From Actinomycetes bacterium (GTDB taxonomy: Bacteria > Actinomycetota > Actinomycetes > Mycobacteriales > SCTD01): DNA of 64,000 bases. Of the stretch, positions 1 through 8,711 are shown piece after piece. The notes under the pieces are model-generated. The model did not search any database and was not told where the DNA came from. It saw nothing but the letters and a program-made list of their open reading frames with translations. Position 1 is the first letter of the stretch; each line of letters begins with the position of its first letter. The DNA lies in the NCBI GenBank assembly GCA_046565705.1, contig JBKHYE010000114.1, positions 2,164-66,163 of the forward strand, read 5' to 3'. Both the position numbers and the translations under genes were made by a program.

Positions 1-263
1 CGCTGCTCGCGACCGGGCTTCGGCGCCGTGCCGAGGTCGTCGCGCACGACGTGCGGCTCCGCGTCGCCGCTCACCAGGCGGCGGTAGCCCAGCGCGTTCA
101 CGGCCGGGCCGAGGCGCACGGTGCTCTGCAGCGTCGTGCCGTCCGGGCGCGCGAGCGGCGCCGCCGCGGCGGCGCGCCGCGGGAAGGCCTGCAGCCCACC
201 GGTCGCGGCGACGGCAGCGGTGGCCGCCAGCCCCTTCAGGACGGTGCGACGGGAGGCGAGCAC
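1..263 (-). CDS. Partial CDS (5' end only, continues past window start): Tat-signal secreted protein, possibly metallophosphoesterase family
   Basis: Absent from the ORF track because it runs off the edge. Minus-strand translation from GTG 263..261 reads [78 protein letters not shown]. This has a twin-arginine motif SRRxxLK plus an Ala-rich h-region. GGAAGGGG lies 5 nt upstream and GC3 is high. The family guess is from memory only. Confidence 0.5.
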   Translation of the reverse strand, partial: MLASRRTVLKGLAATAAVAATGGLQAFPRRAAAAAPLARPDGTTLQSTVRLGPAVNALGYRRLVSGDAEPHVVRDDLGTAPKPGREQ

Positions 264-468
264 GCGGACCCCTTCCGGTGGGACGGGCACGCAGCGTCGC
301 ACCGGACACGGGCCGCTGTCAGGCCGGTGGCGACGCGGTCGGGACGTCCCACCCTCAGCGGCGGCCGGCGCACGTAGTATCCGCCGGGTCCGCGCCCCCG
401 CGTCCGCACGCCGGGAACCGGGCCACCCAATGACACGACGCCGGCCTGCGCCGGCACCCGGAGGGGGC

Positions 469-915
469 ATGACCGAGCACAGAGCCGGCCACGCGAGCGC
501 CGAGGCCGGCGGCGGGCTGGTCGAGAGCGGCCGCGACGTGGTCGTCCTCCGCCTGCCCGCGGCGGGGGCCTACCTGTCGGTGCTGCGCACGGCCACCGCG
601 AGCCTGGCCTCGCGCCTCGACTTCACGATCGACGACATCGAGGACCTGCGCATCGCCGTCGACGAGGCCTGCGCGATGCTCCTGCCGCAGGCGGTGCCCG
701 GTGCCGACCTCGAGTGCCGGTTCGAGCTCACCGACGACGCGATCGACGTGCGGGTCGGCGTCCTAACCGTCGACGGCCAGGAGCCCTCCCGCGACACCTT
801 CGCCTGGACGGTGCTCACCGCGCTGGCCGGCGAGGTCGACAGCAGCGTCGACGCCGACGACCGCGTCGTGCTCACGCTGCACAAGCGCCGCGCAGACGTG
901 AGCGGCTCGTCGTGA
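469..915 (+). CDS. rsbW: Anti-sigma factor, RsbW/UsfX-like
   Basis: Last 148 codons of track ORF 121..915. ATG 469 is preceded by GGAGGGGG (461-468). The sequence VVVLRLPAAGAYLSVLRTATASLASRLDFTIDDIEDLRIAVDEACAMLL...FAWTVLTALAGEV aligns from memory with mycobacterial UsfX. Its TGA (913-915) overlaps the GTG of the downstream sigma gene (GTGA). Confidence 0.8.
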   Translation: MTEHRAGHASAEAGGGLVESGRDVVVLRLPAAGAYLSVLRTATASLASRLDFTIDDIEDLRIAVDEACAMLLPQAVPGADLECRFELTDDAIDVRVGVLTVDGQEPSRDTFAWTVLTALAGEVDSSVDADDRVVLTLHKRRADVSGSS

Positions 916-1835
916 CCACCGGTCCGGGGGCGGAGCGCTCGGAGGTCGGCGTCGACGAGCGCGCGACCCCGCCTGCGCAGACGACCGCTCCGGACGCCGA
1001 GCAGGTGCCGCCCACGGCGGTGCCGGAGGACGAGCTGCCGCCGGAGGAGGAGCAGCTCGGCCGGGCCGAGCGGGCGGCAGCCGACCGCGCCCGTGCCCGT
1101 GAGCTGTTCGTCGAGCTGGCCGCGATGCCCGAGGACCACCCGGGTCGGGCCCGCCTGCGCGACGAGCTCGTCGAGGTGCACCTGCCGCTGGTCGAGTACC
1201 TGGCTCGTCGCTTCCGCAACCGCGGCGAGCCGCTCGACGACCTCGTCCAGGTCGCCACGATCGGGCTGATCAAGTCCGTCGACCGCTTCGACCTCGAGCG
1301 CGGGGTGGAGTTCAGCACCTACGCGACGCCCACCATCGTCGGCGAGATCAAGCGGCACTTCCGCGACAAGGGCTGGGCGATCCGCGTCCCGCGCCGACTG
1401 CAGGAGCTCAAGCTCAGCCTCACCAAGGCCACCAGCGAGCTGTCGCAGAAGAACGGCCGCTCCCCCACCGTCGCCGAGCTCGCGGCGCACCTGGGGATGA
1501 GCGAGGAGGACATCCTCGAGGGCCTGGAGTCGGCGAACGCCTACTCCGCGGTGTCGCTCGACGCCCCCGACGGCGGCGACGACGACAGCCCGGCCGTCGC
1601 CGACTCGCTCGGCATGGTCGACGACGCCCTCGAGGGCGTCGAGTACCGCGAGTCGCTCAAGCCGCTGCTCGAGAAGCTGCCGGCCCGCGAGAAGAAGATC
1701 CTCATGCTGCGGTTCTTCGGCGGCATGACGCAGTCGCAGATCGCCGGCGAGCTCGGCATCAGCCAGATGCACGTCTCGCGGCTGCTCGCCCGCACGCTCG
1801 CGCAACTGCGCGAGGGTCTGCTCGTCGAGGAGTAG
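912..1835 (+). CDS. Group 3 sigma-70 factor, SigB/SigF/SigG subfamily, with about 60-aa acidic/Pro-rich N-terminal extension
   Basis: Regions 2-4 are readable: DLVQVATIGLIKSVDRFD, TYATPTIVGEIKRHFRD, RVPRRLQELKL, MLRFFGGMTQSQIAGELGISQMHVSRLL. The GTG 912 start is chosen because of the 4-nt overlap with the anti-sigma stop. A later start is possible. Confidence 0.85.
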   Translation: MTTGPGAERSEVGVDERATPPAQTTAPDAEQVPPTAVPEDELPPEEEQLGRAERAAADRARARELFVELAAMPEDHPGRARLRDELVEVHLPLVEYLARRFRNRGEPLDDLVQVATIGLIKSVDRFDLERGVEFSTYATPTIVGEIKRHFRDKGWAIRVPRRLQELKLSLTKATSELSQKNGRSPTVAELAAHLGMSEEDILEGLESANAYSAVSLDAPDGGDDDSPAVADSLGMVDDALEGVEYRESLKPLLEKLPAREKKILMLRFFGGMTQSQIAGELGISQMHVSRLLARTLAQLREGLLVEE

Positions 1836-1842
1836 CCGGCCG

Positions 1843-2226
1843 TCACTCCGGCGGGCCTGGCGGGCCGAACACCCGCCGGGCCTCCTGCGTGGCGAGGGAG
1901 TACAGCACCGCTGCCGCGACGACGAGCACCACGACCGCGACGACGGGCAGCGTCTGCAGCAGGCTGAGCGCTGTCAGGCCCGCCAGCAGCTGGACCGCGA
2001 CGGCCGGCGCGTACGCGCGCGGGTGGTGCCGGACGAGACCGCGCGCCACCAGGAGCAGCAGGCCGGCGCCGGCCGTCATCAGCAGCCCGCCGACGACGGC
2101 GCCGACCCGGCTCTCGGCGTCGGAGGTCACCCCCGCGACGGCGTAGCCGACGCCGAGCAGGGCCAGCGCGGTCGCCTCGACCCCGACGAGAACGGCGGCG
2201 CGGACGACGGCGGACGACAGCTGCAC
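1843..2226 (-). CDS. Hypothetical integral membrane protein (about 4 TM segments)
   Basis: 127-aa ORF made almost entirely of hydrophobic runs (AAVLVGVEATALALLGVGYAVAG, VVGGLLMTAGAGLLLLVA, LLAGLTALSLLQTLPVVAVVVLVVAAAVLY). It fills the gap between flanking genes. No family recognised. Confidence 0.55.
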   Translation of the reverse strand: MQLSSAVVRAAVLVGVEATALALLGVGYAVAGVTSDAESRVGAVVGGLLMTAGAGLLLLVARGLVRHHPRAYAPAVAVQLLAGLTALSLLQTLPVVAVVVLVVAAAVLYSLATQEARRVFGPPGPPE

Positions 2227-2285
2227 GCGCGCGACCTTAGAGCGCGCAGCGGCCCTGTGGCGGCCGTCACCTCTACGCTGGGGAG

Positions 2286-3242
2286 GTGCGCGCGCTGCTG
2301 GTCGTCAACCCCAAGGCCACGACCTTCAGCTCCCGTGTCCGCGACGTGCTCGCCCACGCGCTCGCCAGCGAGACCCGGCTCGAGCTCGTCGAGACCAAGG
2401 CGCGCGCGCACGCCGTCGAGCTCGCCACCGCCGCCTGCGCCGAGAACGTCGACCTGGTGGTCGCCCTCGGCGGCGACGGCACGGTCAACGAGGTCGTCAA
2501 CGGGCTCATGAGCGCGCCCGCCGGGGCGCGGCCGACGCTGGCCGTCGTGCCGGGCGGCAGCGCGAACGTGTTCGCCCGTGCGCTCGGCTTCCCCGACGAC
2601 CCGGTCGAGGCCACCGGGCAGCTGCTCGACGCGCTGCAGGAGAGCCGCCGGCGCGAGATCGGGCTCGGGCTGGCCGAGTTCGGCAGCGGCGACGGGCCGC
2701 GCACGTCGCGCTGGTTCACCTTCTGCGCCGGCCTCGGCCTCGACGCCGAGGTGGTGCGCGCCGTCGAGCGCAAGCGCGCGTCCGGCCGCCGCGCCACGCC
2801 GGCGCTGTACGCGCGCACGGGCGTCGCGCACTTCTTCACCAGCCGCGACCGCCGCGACGTGCCGCTGCTGCTGCACGGGCCCGATCAGGAGGCGGGGGCC
2901 GACCCGCAGCCACTGGGCCTGGCGCTGGTGTGCAACAGCAACCCGTGGACCTACCTCGGCCCCCGCCCGGTGCAGCCCTGCCCGCGGGCGACGTTCGAGG
3001 GCGGGCTCGACCTGTTCGGGCTGTCGTCGCTTCCGACGGTCGCCACGCTGCGGCACCTGCGGCAGATCCTCTCGCCCCGCCCCCGGCCGCGTGGGCGCCG
3101 CGTGGTGCAGCTGCACGACGTCGCGCAGTTCACGATCACGGCCGACCGGCCGCTCGCCGTCCAGGTCGACGGCGACGACCTCGGCGACGCCGATGTCGTG
3201 CGCTTCCGCGCCGAGCCGTCGGCGCTGTCCGTCGTCGTCTGA
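2286..3242 (+). CDS. Diacylglycerol kinase family lipid kinase (DAGK catalytic domain)
   Basis: N-terminus VRALLVVNPKA and the GGDGT motif (VVALGGDGTVNEVVNGL), plus VVPGGSANVFARALG. The position next to whiB1 matches the Rv3218-whiB1 arrangement as I recall it. Confidence 0.85.
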   Translation: MRALLVVNPKATTFSSRVRDVLAHALASETRLELVETKARAHAVELATAACAENVDLVVALGGDGTVNEVVNGLMSAPAGARPTLAVVPGGSANVFARALGFPDDPVEATGQLLDALQESRRREIGLGLAEFGSGDGPRTSRWFTFCAGLGLDAEVVRAVERKRASGRRATPALYARTGVAHFFTSRDRRDVPLLLHGPDQEAGADPQPLGLALVCNSNPWTYLGPRPVQPCPRATFEGGLDLFGLSSLPTVATLRHLRQILSPRPRPRGRRVVQLHDVAQFTITADRPLAVQVDGDDLGDADVVRFRAEPSALSVVV

Positions 3243-3559
3243 GCGGGCGCGCCGCCGGCACCGGGGTCACCCGCGCGGGTGGCCGGCGTTCCTCGCTCGG
3301 TGGCGTTTGGGCCGGGGAAGGCCCGGGAAGGCGCGCGCTGTGACCGCACCTCGGCCCACCGGCCGGGACGGGCACCGGTGACCAGAGCCGGTCCCAGCGT
3401 GACGAAGGGAACACCCCTCGCACCCTGGGACGCGGGTCTCTCCCTTGCCACTGTTGCACTGACGGTGCAAGGGTGGTCGTCGGCACGAACCCGGCGCACT
3501 GCCGCGTCGGGGACGGCGGCTCACGTGCGAGGGCGCGGGGCCGAACGCGAGGAGCTTGC

Positions 3560-3811
3560 ATGGACTGGCGCCACAGCGCGCTCTGCCGTGACGAGGACCC
3601 GGAGCTGTTCTTCCCCATCGGGACGACCGGTCCGGCTGCTGCCCAGGTCGAGCAGGCCAAGGTCGTCTGCCGCCGCTGCAGCGTCGTCGAGGACTGCCTG
3701 AGCTGGGCGCTCGACACGGGTCAGGAGTCCGGCGTCTGGGGAGGCACCAGCGAGGACGAGCGACGCTCGCTGCGCCGTCGCGCCGTGCGCGCCGGCGCCC
3801 CCTCGGCCTGA
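3560..3811 (+). CDS. whiB1: WhiB-family Fe-S transcription factor, WhiB1/WblE type
   Basis: ATG 3560 with GAGGAG at 3549-3554. MDWRHSALCRDEDPELFFPIGTTGPAAAQVEQAKVVCRRCSVVEDCLSWALDTGQESGVWGGTSEDERRSLRRR is near-identical in pattern to M. tuberculosis WhiB1 (C-X27-C-X2-C-X5-C, then GVWGG). The track ORF 3473..3811 is over-extended. Confidence 0.95.
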   Translation: MDWRHSALCRDEDPELFFPIGTTGPAAAQVEQAKVVCRRCSVVEDCLSWALDTGQESGVWGGTSEDERRSLRRRAVRAGAPSA

Positions 3812-3819
3812 CCCGCCGC

Positions 3820-4104
3820 GTGGCCCGGTCGGCCGGCCGCCGGTCGGCCGGCGGGCGCGAGCACTGGACCCGCCCGCCCGTCGTCCCGCGGGAGCCGGCA
3901 CCGGCCTGGCGCGCCACCTGGCGCTACCGCCTGGTCGCCCTGCTCCTGCTCGCGCTCGTCGTCGCGGGCACGGTGCAGCTGTTCCGCGTGCTGTCGGGCG
4001 CGACGGCGCAGGACCCGGGCATCGGCACCCTCCCCGGGACGCCCCCGGCACAGGCCGCACCCGGGCACGTCCGGGCAGGAGACGGGCTCACGACGCCGAA
4101 CTGA
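3820..4104 (+). CDS. Hypothetical small membrane-anchored protein
   Basis: 94-aa ORF with high GC3 and one clear TM segment (YRLVALLLLALVVAGTVQLF). It fills the whiB1-peptidase gap exactly. No homology recognised. Confidence 0.35.
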   Translation: MARSAGRRSAGGREHWTRPPVVPREPAPAWRATWRYRLVALLLLALVVAGTVQLFRVLSGATAQDPGIGTLPGTPPAQAAPGHVRAGDGLTTPN

Positions 4105-4110
4105 GGGACC

Positions 4111-5952
4111 ATGCGTCCCCGTCTCCGCGCCCTGCTGGCGCTGTCGGCCCTGGCCGCCGGTGCCGCCGCCGTGCCTTCCGCGTCCGCCGCCGACAGCGTG
4201 TACGAGGTGTCGTACGTCGAGTCGGTCGACGGCGCGCTGGTCCGCGTCGAGGTGATGCGGCCGGTGCTCGACGAGGACGTCCCGGTGATCCTCACCTACT
4301 CGCCGTACAACTCGATCGGCGAGCCGACCCCGGCGGACGACGCCGTCGCGGCCCGGTACGTCCCGATGGGCTACGCCCGCGCCAAGGCCGACGTCATCGG
4401 GACGCGCGGCTCCACCGGCTGCTGGGACTACGGCGGCGCGAAGGAGCAGCAGTCCGGCGCCGACGTCGTGCGCTGGCTCGCCGAGCAGGAGTGGAGCAAC
4501 GGCCGGGTCGGCATGACCGGCGGCTCGTACGACGGCACGACGGCCACCATGGTCGCCGCCCTCGGCGACGAGATCGCCGCCGACAGCAACGGCGGCAAGG
4601 GGCTCGCCGCCATCCACCCGATCGCCGCGATCAGCCGCTGGTACGGCTACGCCTACATGGACGGCGTCCGCTTCCTGGGCAACTCGAGCACCCCGACCGA
4701 CGAGGGCTTCGACACCCCGCTGCTGTTCGACTTCGGGTTCGGCCGCACGGTCGCGCCGGGCGAGTCGGTCGCGCAGACGGCGCCCGCGCGCACCGGCGAG
4801 TGCGGGTCGGTCGAGCACACCGAGCGCGGCTACGACCGCACGCCCGACTACGACGGGTTCTGGCTGGAGCGCGACTACCGCAAGGACGCCGCCGCGATGC
4901 GCGTCCCGGTGCTGCTGTCGCACGGCTGGCAGGACTACAACGTCAAGCAGGAGGAGGCCACGGCGCTGTTCGAGGCGCTGCCGGTCGACGACCCGGCCAC
5001 CGCCGAGATCGAGGGCGTGCCGTTCAAGAAGCTCTGGATGACGCAGGGCACGCACAGCGGTGGCGACGACGGCGCGGGCTACCAGGAGCTGGTCGACGCG
5101 TTCTGGGAGCGCACGCTCAAGGGCGTCGACAGCGGCGTGGAGGACTTCCCCGACGTCGTCACCGTGGGTCGCACCGCGGCCGGCCCGACGACGCCGCAGG
5201 TCGAGCAGAGCTGGCCGCCGGCCGGCACCTCGCCGCTGACCCTGCACCTCGGCCGCTCGTTCGACACCGTGCCGGGCCTGCCGCCGGCGGGCGTCGCGAC
5301 CAGCACCGGCGAGGGCGGCGTGCTGTCGACCGAGCCGCAGGACGACGGCGCGGGCTGGACGCACATCGGCGTGCCGGGTGTCACGGAGGAGGTCGTGCTG
5401 CGCGACCTCACCAACCAGGGCACGAAGGTCGGCGAGCAGCCGGTCCGGTCCCACGGCTACGCGTACCTGTACCACCAGAGCGAGCCGCTGGCCGACGACG
5501 TCCGCATCGCGGGCTCCGCACTGCTCGAGACGACGGTGACTGCGGCCCAGGGCGGCCAGACGCTGACACCGATCCTCACCGAGGTGCTGCCGAACGGCAC
5601 GCAGAAGCTCGTGCAGCGCGGCTTCCTCAACCTCGACTACGCGGGCGGGCTGAGCAAGGCGGACTCGACCGGTGGCGAGAAGACCGCGACCGTCCGGTTC
5701 CTGCCGCAGGACTACACGTTCACCGAGGGCAGCCGCATCAGGCTGGTGCTGATGGGCGCCAACACCGTGTGGGCGGTGCCCGGGTCGGGCGGGCTGCTGT
5801 CCTACGACATGAGCGCCGCGAAGGGCACCCGCCTGGTGCTGCCCGTCGTCGGGGACGGCTCGCCGGTCCTGCCGCAGCCGGCCGCCTCAGCGGCCGAGGC
5901 CGCCGTCGCCGGGCGGGCCGAGCGGAAGGGCCACCCGGGCGCGGGTTCCTGA
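4111..5952 (+). CDS. Secreted CocE/NonD family hydrolase / X-Pro dipeptidyl-peptidase (S15)
   Basis: ATG 4111 after GAGGGA. Signal peptide MRPRLRALLALSALAAGAAAVPSASA-AD. S15 hallmarks: ILTYSPY, nucleophile elbow GMTGGSYDGTT, HGWQDYNV. Confidence 0.85.
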   Translation: MRPRLRALLALSALAAGAAAVPSASAADSVYEVSYVESVDGALVRVEVMRPVLDEDVPVILTYSPYNSIGEPTPADDAVAARYVPMGYARAKADVIGTRGSTGCWDYGGAKEQQSGADVVRWLAEQEWSNGRVGMTGGSYDGTTATMVAALGDEIAADSNGGKGLAAIHPIAAISRWYGYAYMDGVRFLGNSSTPTDEGFDTPLLFDFGFGRTVAPGESVAQTAPARTGECGSVEHTERGYDRTPDYDGFWLERDYRKDAAAMRVPVLLSHGWQDYNVKQEEATALFEALPVDDPATAEIEGVPFKKLWMTQGTHSGGDDGAGYQELVDAFWERTLKGVDSGVEDFPDVVTVGRTAAGPTTPQVEQSWPPAGTSPLTLHLGRSFDTVPGLPPAGVATSTGEGGVLSTEPQDDGAGWTHIGVPGVTEEVVLRDLTNQGTKVGEQPVRSHGYAYLYHQSEPLADDVRIAGSALLETTVTAAQGGQTLTPILTEVLPNGTQKLVQRGFLNLDYAGGLSKADSTGGEKTATVRFLPQDYTFTEGSRIRLVLMGANTVWAVPGSGGLLSYDMSAAKGTRLVLPVVGDGSPVLPQPAASAAEAAVAGRAERKGHPGAGS

Positions 5953-7386
5953 CCCGGTCGGCTCCACCTGCAGCACGCCGCGCAGCTCGCCCTCCACGAG
6001 CGTGCGCACGATCTGCAGGCCCAGCCGGGCCGAGCCGTCGAGGCTGAAGCCGGCCGGCAGGCCGCGCCCGTCGTCGGTGACCGACACGGTCAGCGCGTCG
6101 TCGGAGCGGTCGAACGCGACGTCGACGCAGCCCTGCTCCGTGCCGGCGAAGCCGTGCTCGACGGCGTTCTGGACCAGCTCGGTGAGCACCATCGCGAGCG
6201 CCGTCGCGACGTCGGCGGGCAGCCGGCCGGGCGAGCCGGTGCGGCGCACCCGGACGGTGCTCTCGGGCGCGGCCACCTCGGCGCACATCGCCAGCACCTG
6301 GTCGGCGACGCCGTCGAACGGGACGCTCTCGTCGGCGGCCTGCGAGAGCCGCTCGTGGACGACCGCGATGGCGGCCACCCGGCGCACCGACTCCTCGAGC
6401 GCGGCCCGCGCCTCGGCGGAGTCGAGCCGACGGGCCTGCATCCGCAGCAGCGCGGCGACGGTCTGCAGGTTGTTCTTCACCCGGTGGTGGATCTCGCGGA
6501 TCGTCGCGTCCTTGCCGAGGATCTGCCGCTCGCGGCGGCGCAGCTCGGTGACGTCGCGCACGAGCACCAGCACCCCGCGGGGCTGCCCGGCGGTGGCGAG
6601 CGGCAGCGCGCGCAGCAGCACGGTGGCGCCCTGCGCCTCGACCTCGGACTCGCGCGGCTCCCGGAAGCGCAGCGCGGCAGCGAGCGCGGCCGACCCGCGC
6701 GGCTCGTCCAGCACGCCGGGGGCCGCGGTCAGGCGGGCGATCGTCGTCCCGAGGTGGACGCCGAGCAGGTCCGCGGTGACCCCGAGCCGGCGGAACGCCG
6801 AGATCGCGTTCGGGCTGGCGTAGACGACGTGCCCGGTGCGGTCCAGGCGCAGCAGGCCGTCACCGACACGCGGCGCGTGCTCGGGGTCGGGCCGGCCGTC
6901 GTCCGGCGCACCGGGGAACGGGAAGCTGCCCTCGGCCACCATCTGCAGCAGCTCGCCGGCCGTCGTCAGGTAGGTCAGCTCGAGCTGGCTGGGGATCCGG
7001 GACGCCGCGGGATCGGTCTCCCGCGTGACCACGGCGACGACGCTCTCGCCGCGACGCACCGGCACGGCCTCCATGCGCACCTTGCTGCGGCCGCGCTCGC
7101 CGTCGCGCACGATCGCGCCGGTCGACCAGGCCCGCTCGACGCGGGCGACGTCGGCGCCGGTGGCCTCGCTTCCCACCAGGTCGTCGGGGTGCACGGTCGG
7201 GCCCGTGGTCGGTCGCATGTGCGCCACGGCGAGCCAGCTGCCCTCGCGGGTGCGCACGCGCAGCACGAGGTCGGCGAAGGACAGGTCGGCGATCAGCTGC
7301 CACTCCGCCACGAGGCGGTGCAGCCAGTCGAGGTCGTCCGGGCCGAGGTCGGTGCGGCTGCCTGCGAGGTCGCCCAGGGTCGACAC
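5887..7386 (-). CDS. pdtaS: Sensor histidine kinase PdtaS (GAF/PAS + HisKA_2 + HATPase)
   Basis: N-terminus VSTLGDLAGS...DLDWLHRLVAEWQLIADLSFADLVL matches M. tuberculosis PdtaS from memory. H-box EIHHRVKNNLQTVAALLRMQ. ATPase motifs LVQNAVEHG and DDGRGLP. Its 3' end overlaps the convergent peptidase gene by 66 nt. Confidence 0.9.
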   Translation of the reverse strand: MSTLGDLAGSRTDLGPDDLDWLHRLVAEWQLIADLSFADLVLRVRTREGSWLAVAHMRPTTGPTVHPDDLVGSEATGADVARVERAWSTGAIVRDGERGRSKVRMEAVPVRRGESVVAVVTRETDPAASRIPSQLELTYLTTAGELLQMVAEGSFPFPGAPDDGRPDPEHAPRVGDGLLRLDRTGHVVYASPNAISAFRRLGVTADLLGVHLGTTIARLTAAPGVLDEPRGSAALAAALRFREPRESEVEAQGATVLLRALPLATAGQPRGVLVLVRDVTELRRRERQILGKDATIREIHHRVKNNLQTVAALLRMQARRLDSAEARAALEESVRRVAAIAVVHERLSQAADESVPFDGVADQVLAMCAEVAAPESTVRVRRTGSPGRLPADVATALAMVLTELVQNAVEHGFAGTEQGCVDVAFDRSDDALTVSVTDDGRGLPAGFSLDGSARLGLQIVRTLVEGELRGVLQVEPTGSGTRARVALPLGPPGDGGLGR

Positions 7387-7442
7387 GGGCCCGACCCTAG
7401 CCAGCGGCCGGCCCCCTGGGTCAGGCCGCGGTCACGCTGCGC

Positions 7443-7772
7443 TCAGGCGGCGACCAGCGGGGAGACCCGCTGCGCGAGCCAGGAGAGCCCGTCGGGGTCG
7501 AAGCGCAGGTCGCGCCAGCCGTCGAGCAGGGCGTCGACGTCGGCCTCGCGCTCGAGCACCGCGAGCACCCGTACGTCGGTGCAGGAGCCGTCGTAGCCGT
7601 CGGCGCGGCACAGGTACAGCTCACCGGTGTCCCGCAGCCACGACAGCCGCCAGGCGTCGTTGGACCCGGCGACCCGCCAGGTCGCGCCGAAGTCGACCTC
7701 CGAGGAGGTGCGCCGGCGCGGGTCGGCGGCGCAGAACTCGTCCTCGTCCGCCCAGGTCGACAGAACGTGCAC
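7443..7772 (-). CDS. Hypothetical conserved small protein
   Basis: Only the last 109 codons of track ORF 7443..8342 are credible. GTG 7772 is preceded by AGGAGG 5 nt upstream. Sequence: VHVLSTWADEDEFCAADPRRRTSSEVDFGATWRVAGSNDAWRLSWLRDTGELYLCRADGY... No family recognised. Confidence 0.6.
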   Translation of the reverse strand: MHVLSTWADEDEFCAADPRRRTSSEVDFGATWRVAGSNDAWRLSWLRDTGELYLCRADGYDGSCTDVRVLAVLEREADVDALLDGWRDLRFDPDGLSWLAQRVSPLVAA

Positions 7773-7867
7773 GGGGACCTCCTGCGGGTGTGCGGACGCC
7801 GGTCGCCCGCACGACGCGGGCACGTCCGGAGAGGTTGCCTGCCGGAGCCGTCCGGCGGGTGTCGGCG

Positions 7868-8509
7868 ATGAGAAGAGTTCGTGACGGTCCTGACTGGCAC
7901 ACTCCGCACGTGCCCGAACCGCTGCGCAGCAGGTGCTTCGGCGACGGCGACCCGCTCTACGAGCGCTACCACGACGACGAGTGGGGACGGCCGCGCACCG
8001 ACGAGCAGGGCCTGTACGAGAAGGTCTGCCTCGAGGGGTTCCAGGCGGGTCTGTCGTGGATCGTCGTGCTGCGCAAGCGGGCGGCGCTGCGCGAGGCGCT
8101 CGCCGGCTTCGACCCCGACGCCGTCGCCGAGCTCGACGTCGCGCCGCTGCTCGACGACGCCCGGCTGATCCGCTCCGAGCGCAAGCTGCGCGCGTGCGTG
8201 ACCAACGCCCGCGCCACGCAGCGGCTGAGGGACGACGGCGGGCTGCCGGCGCTGCTGTGGGCGGCGGCGGAGGTGCCGAGCCCGGCATACCAGCACTGGA
8301 CGGACGTGCCGGCGTGGACGCCGTCGAGCGCGGCGGTGGCACGGGAGCTCAAGCGCCGCGGGTTCGTCTTCGTCGGGCCCACGACGGTCTACTCGCTCAT
8401 GCAGGCGTGCGGGCTGGTGGGTGACCACCTGACCGGGTGCCCGCAGCGCGAGCGGGCGGAGCGGGAGCGGCACGCGGTGGTGCGGCCCGGGCCCGTGCGG
8501 CCCGGGTAG
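7868..8509 (+). CDS. tag: DNA-3-methyladenine glycosylase I
   Basis: RCFGDGDPLYERYHDDEWGRP...LCLEGFQAGLSWIVVLRKR...VGPTTVYSLMQACGLVGDHLTGC parallels E. coli Tag. ATG 7868 is taken as the start. GTG near 7910 is an alternative. Confidence 0.85.
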   Translation: MRRVRDGPDWHTPHVPEPLRSRCFGDGDPLYERYHDDEWGRPRTDEQGLYEKVCLEGFQAGLSWIVVLRKRAALREALAGFDPDAVAELDVAPLLDDARLIRSERKLRACVTNARATQRLRDDGGLPALLWAAAEVPSPAYQHWTDVPAWTPSSAAVARELKRRGFVFVGPTTVYSLMQACGLVGDHLTGCPQRERAERERHAVVRPGPVRPG

Positions 8510-8518
8510 CGGCCGGCG

Positions 8519-8617
8519 CTACAGGACGCCCAGCAGCAGGAGCAGCAGCGCCGTGACGGCGAGCGAGAGCAGGATGCTCGGCAGGCACCCCAGCCGGTTG
8601 CTGAAGAAGAAGAACAC
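8519..8617 (-). CDS. Candidate 32-aa hydrophobic micro-protein
   Basis: GTG 8617 gives VFFFFSNRLGCLPSILLSLAVTALLLLLLGVL-stop. This is one TM helix after an FFSNRLGC motif that I believe recurs in short annotated peptides of other bacteria (memory only). The longer 71-aa track ORF would have to start inside the palindromic element. Confidence 0.35.
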   Translation of the reverse strand: MFFFFSNRLGCLPSILLSLAVTALLLLLLGVL

Positions 8618-8711
8618 GGGTGCGGTGTGCCCGCTCGCGGGCGGTTCAGCAGGAGATGTCGCGCACACCGGACGAGGGCGGGCGCGGCGCACCGTCGCGC
8701 CGGCGGGCGCC

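Noticed and set aside
375-380. TAGTAT as a -10 hexamer for the rsbW-sigma operon, or a SigF-type GGGTAT promoter.
   Set aside because: TAGTAT fits TANNNT, but there is no convincing -35 or extended -10. There is also no GTTT-N15-17-GGGTAT SigF-type match. The support is too weak to annotate.
570-1805. Long antisense ORFs opposite well-supported genes. Examples: 570..1805(-), 3721..5475(-), 6154..7596(+), 17824..20073(+), 32762..35302(+), 36362..38566(+), 52109..54571(-), 61039..63465(-).
   Set aside because: Their translations are Arg/Ala/Pro/Gly-rich with no recognisable motifs. They lie antisense to genes with clear family signatures. This is the expected stop-codon-poor shadow-ORF artefact of DNA above 70% G+C.
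3398-3413. CRP-type site (TGTGA-N6-TCACA) upstream of whiB1.
   Set aside because: cGTGA-CGAAGG-GAACA matches only about 7/10 consensus positions. That is not distinguishable from chance without a PWM and background model.
5887-5952. Convergent 3' overlaps (66 nt peptidase/pdtaS, 31 nt rsgA/surface protein, 11 nt DtxR-family/hydrolase) as possible antisense regulation.
   Set aside because: They are most simply explained by the scarcity of stop codons in GC-rich DNA extending C-terminal tails. No additional structure was seen.
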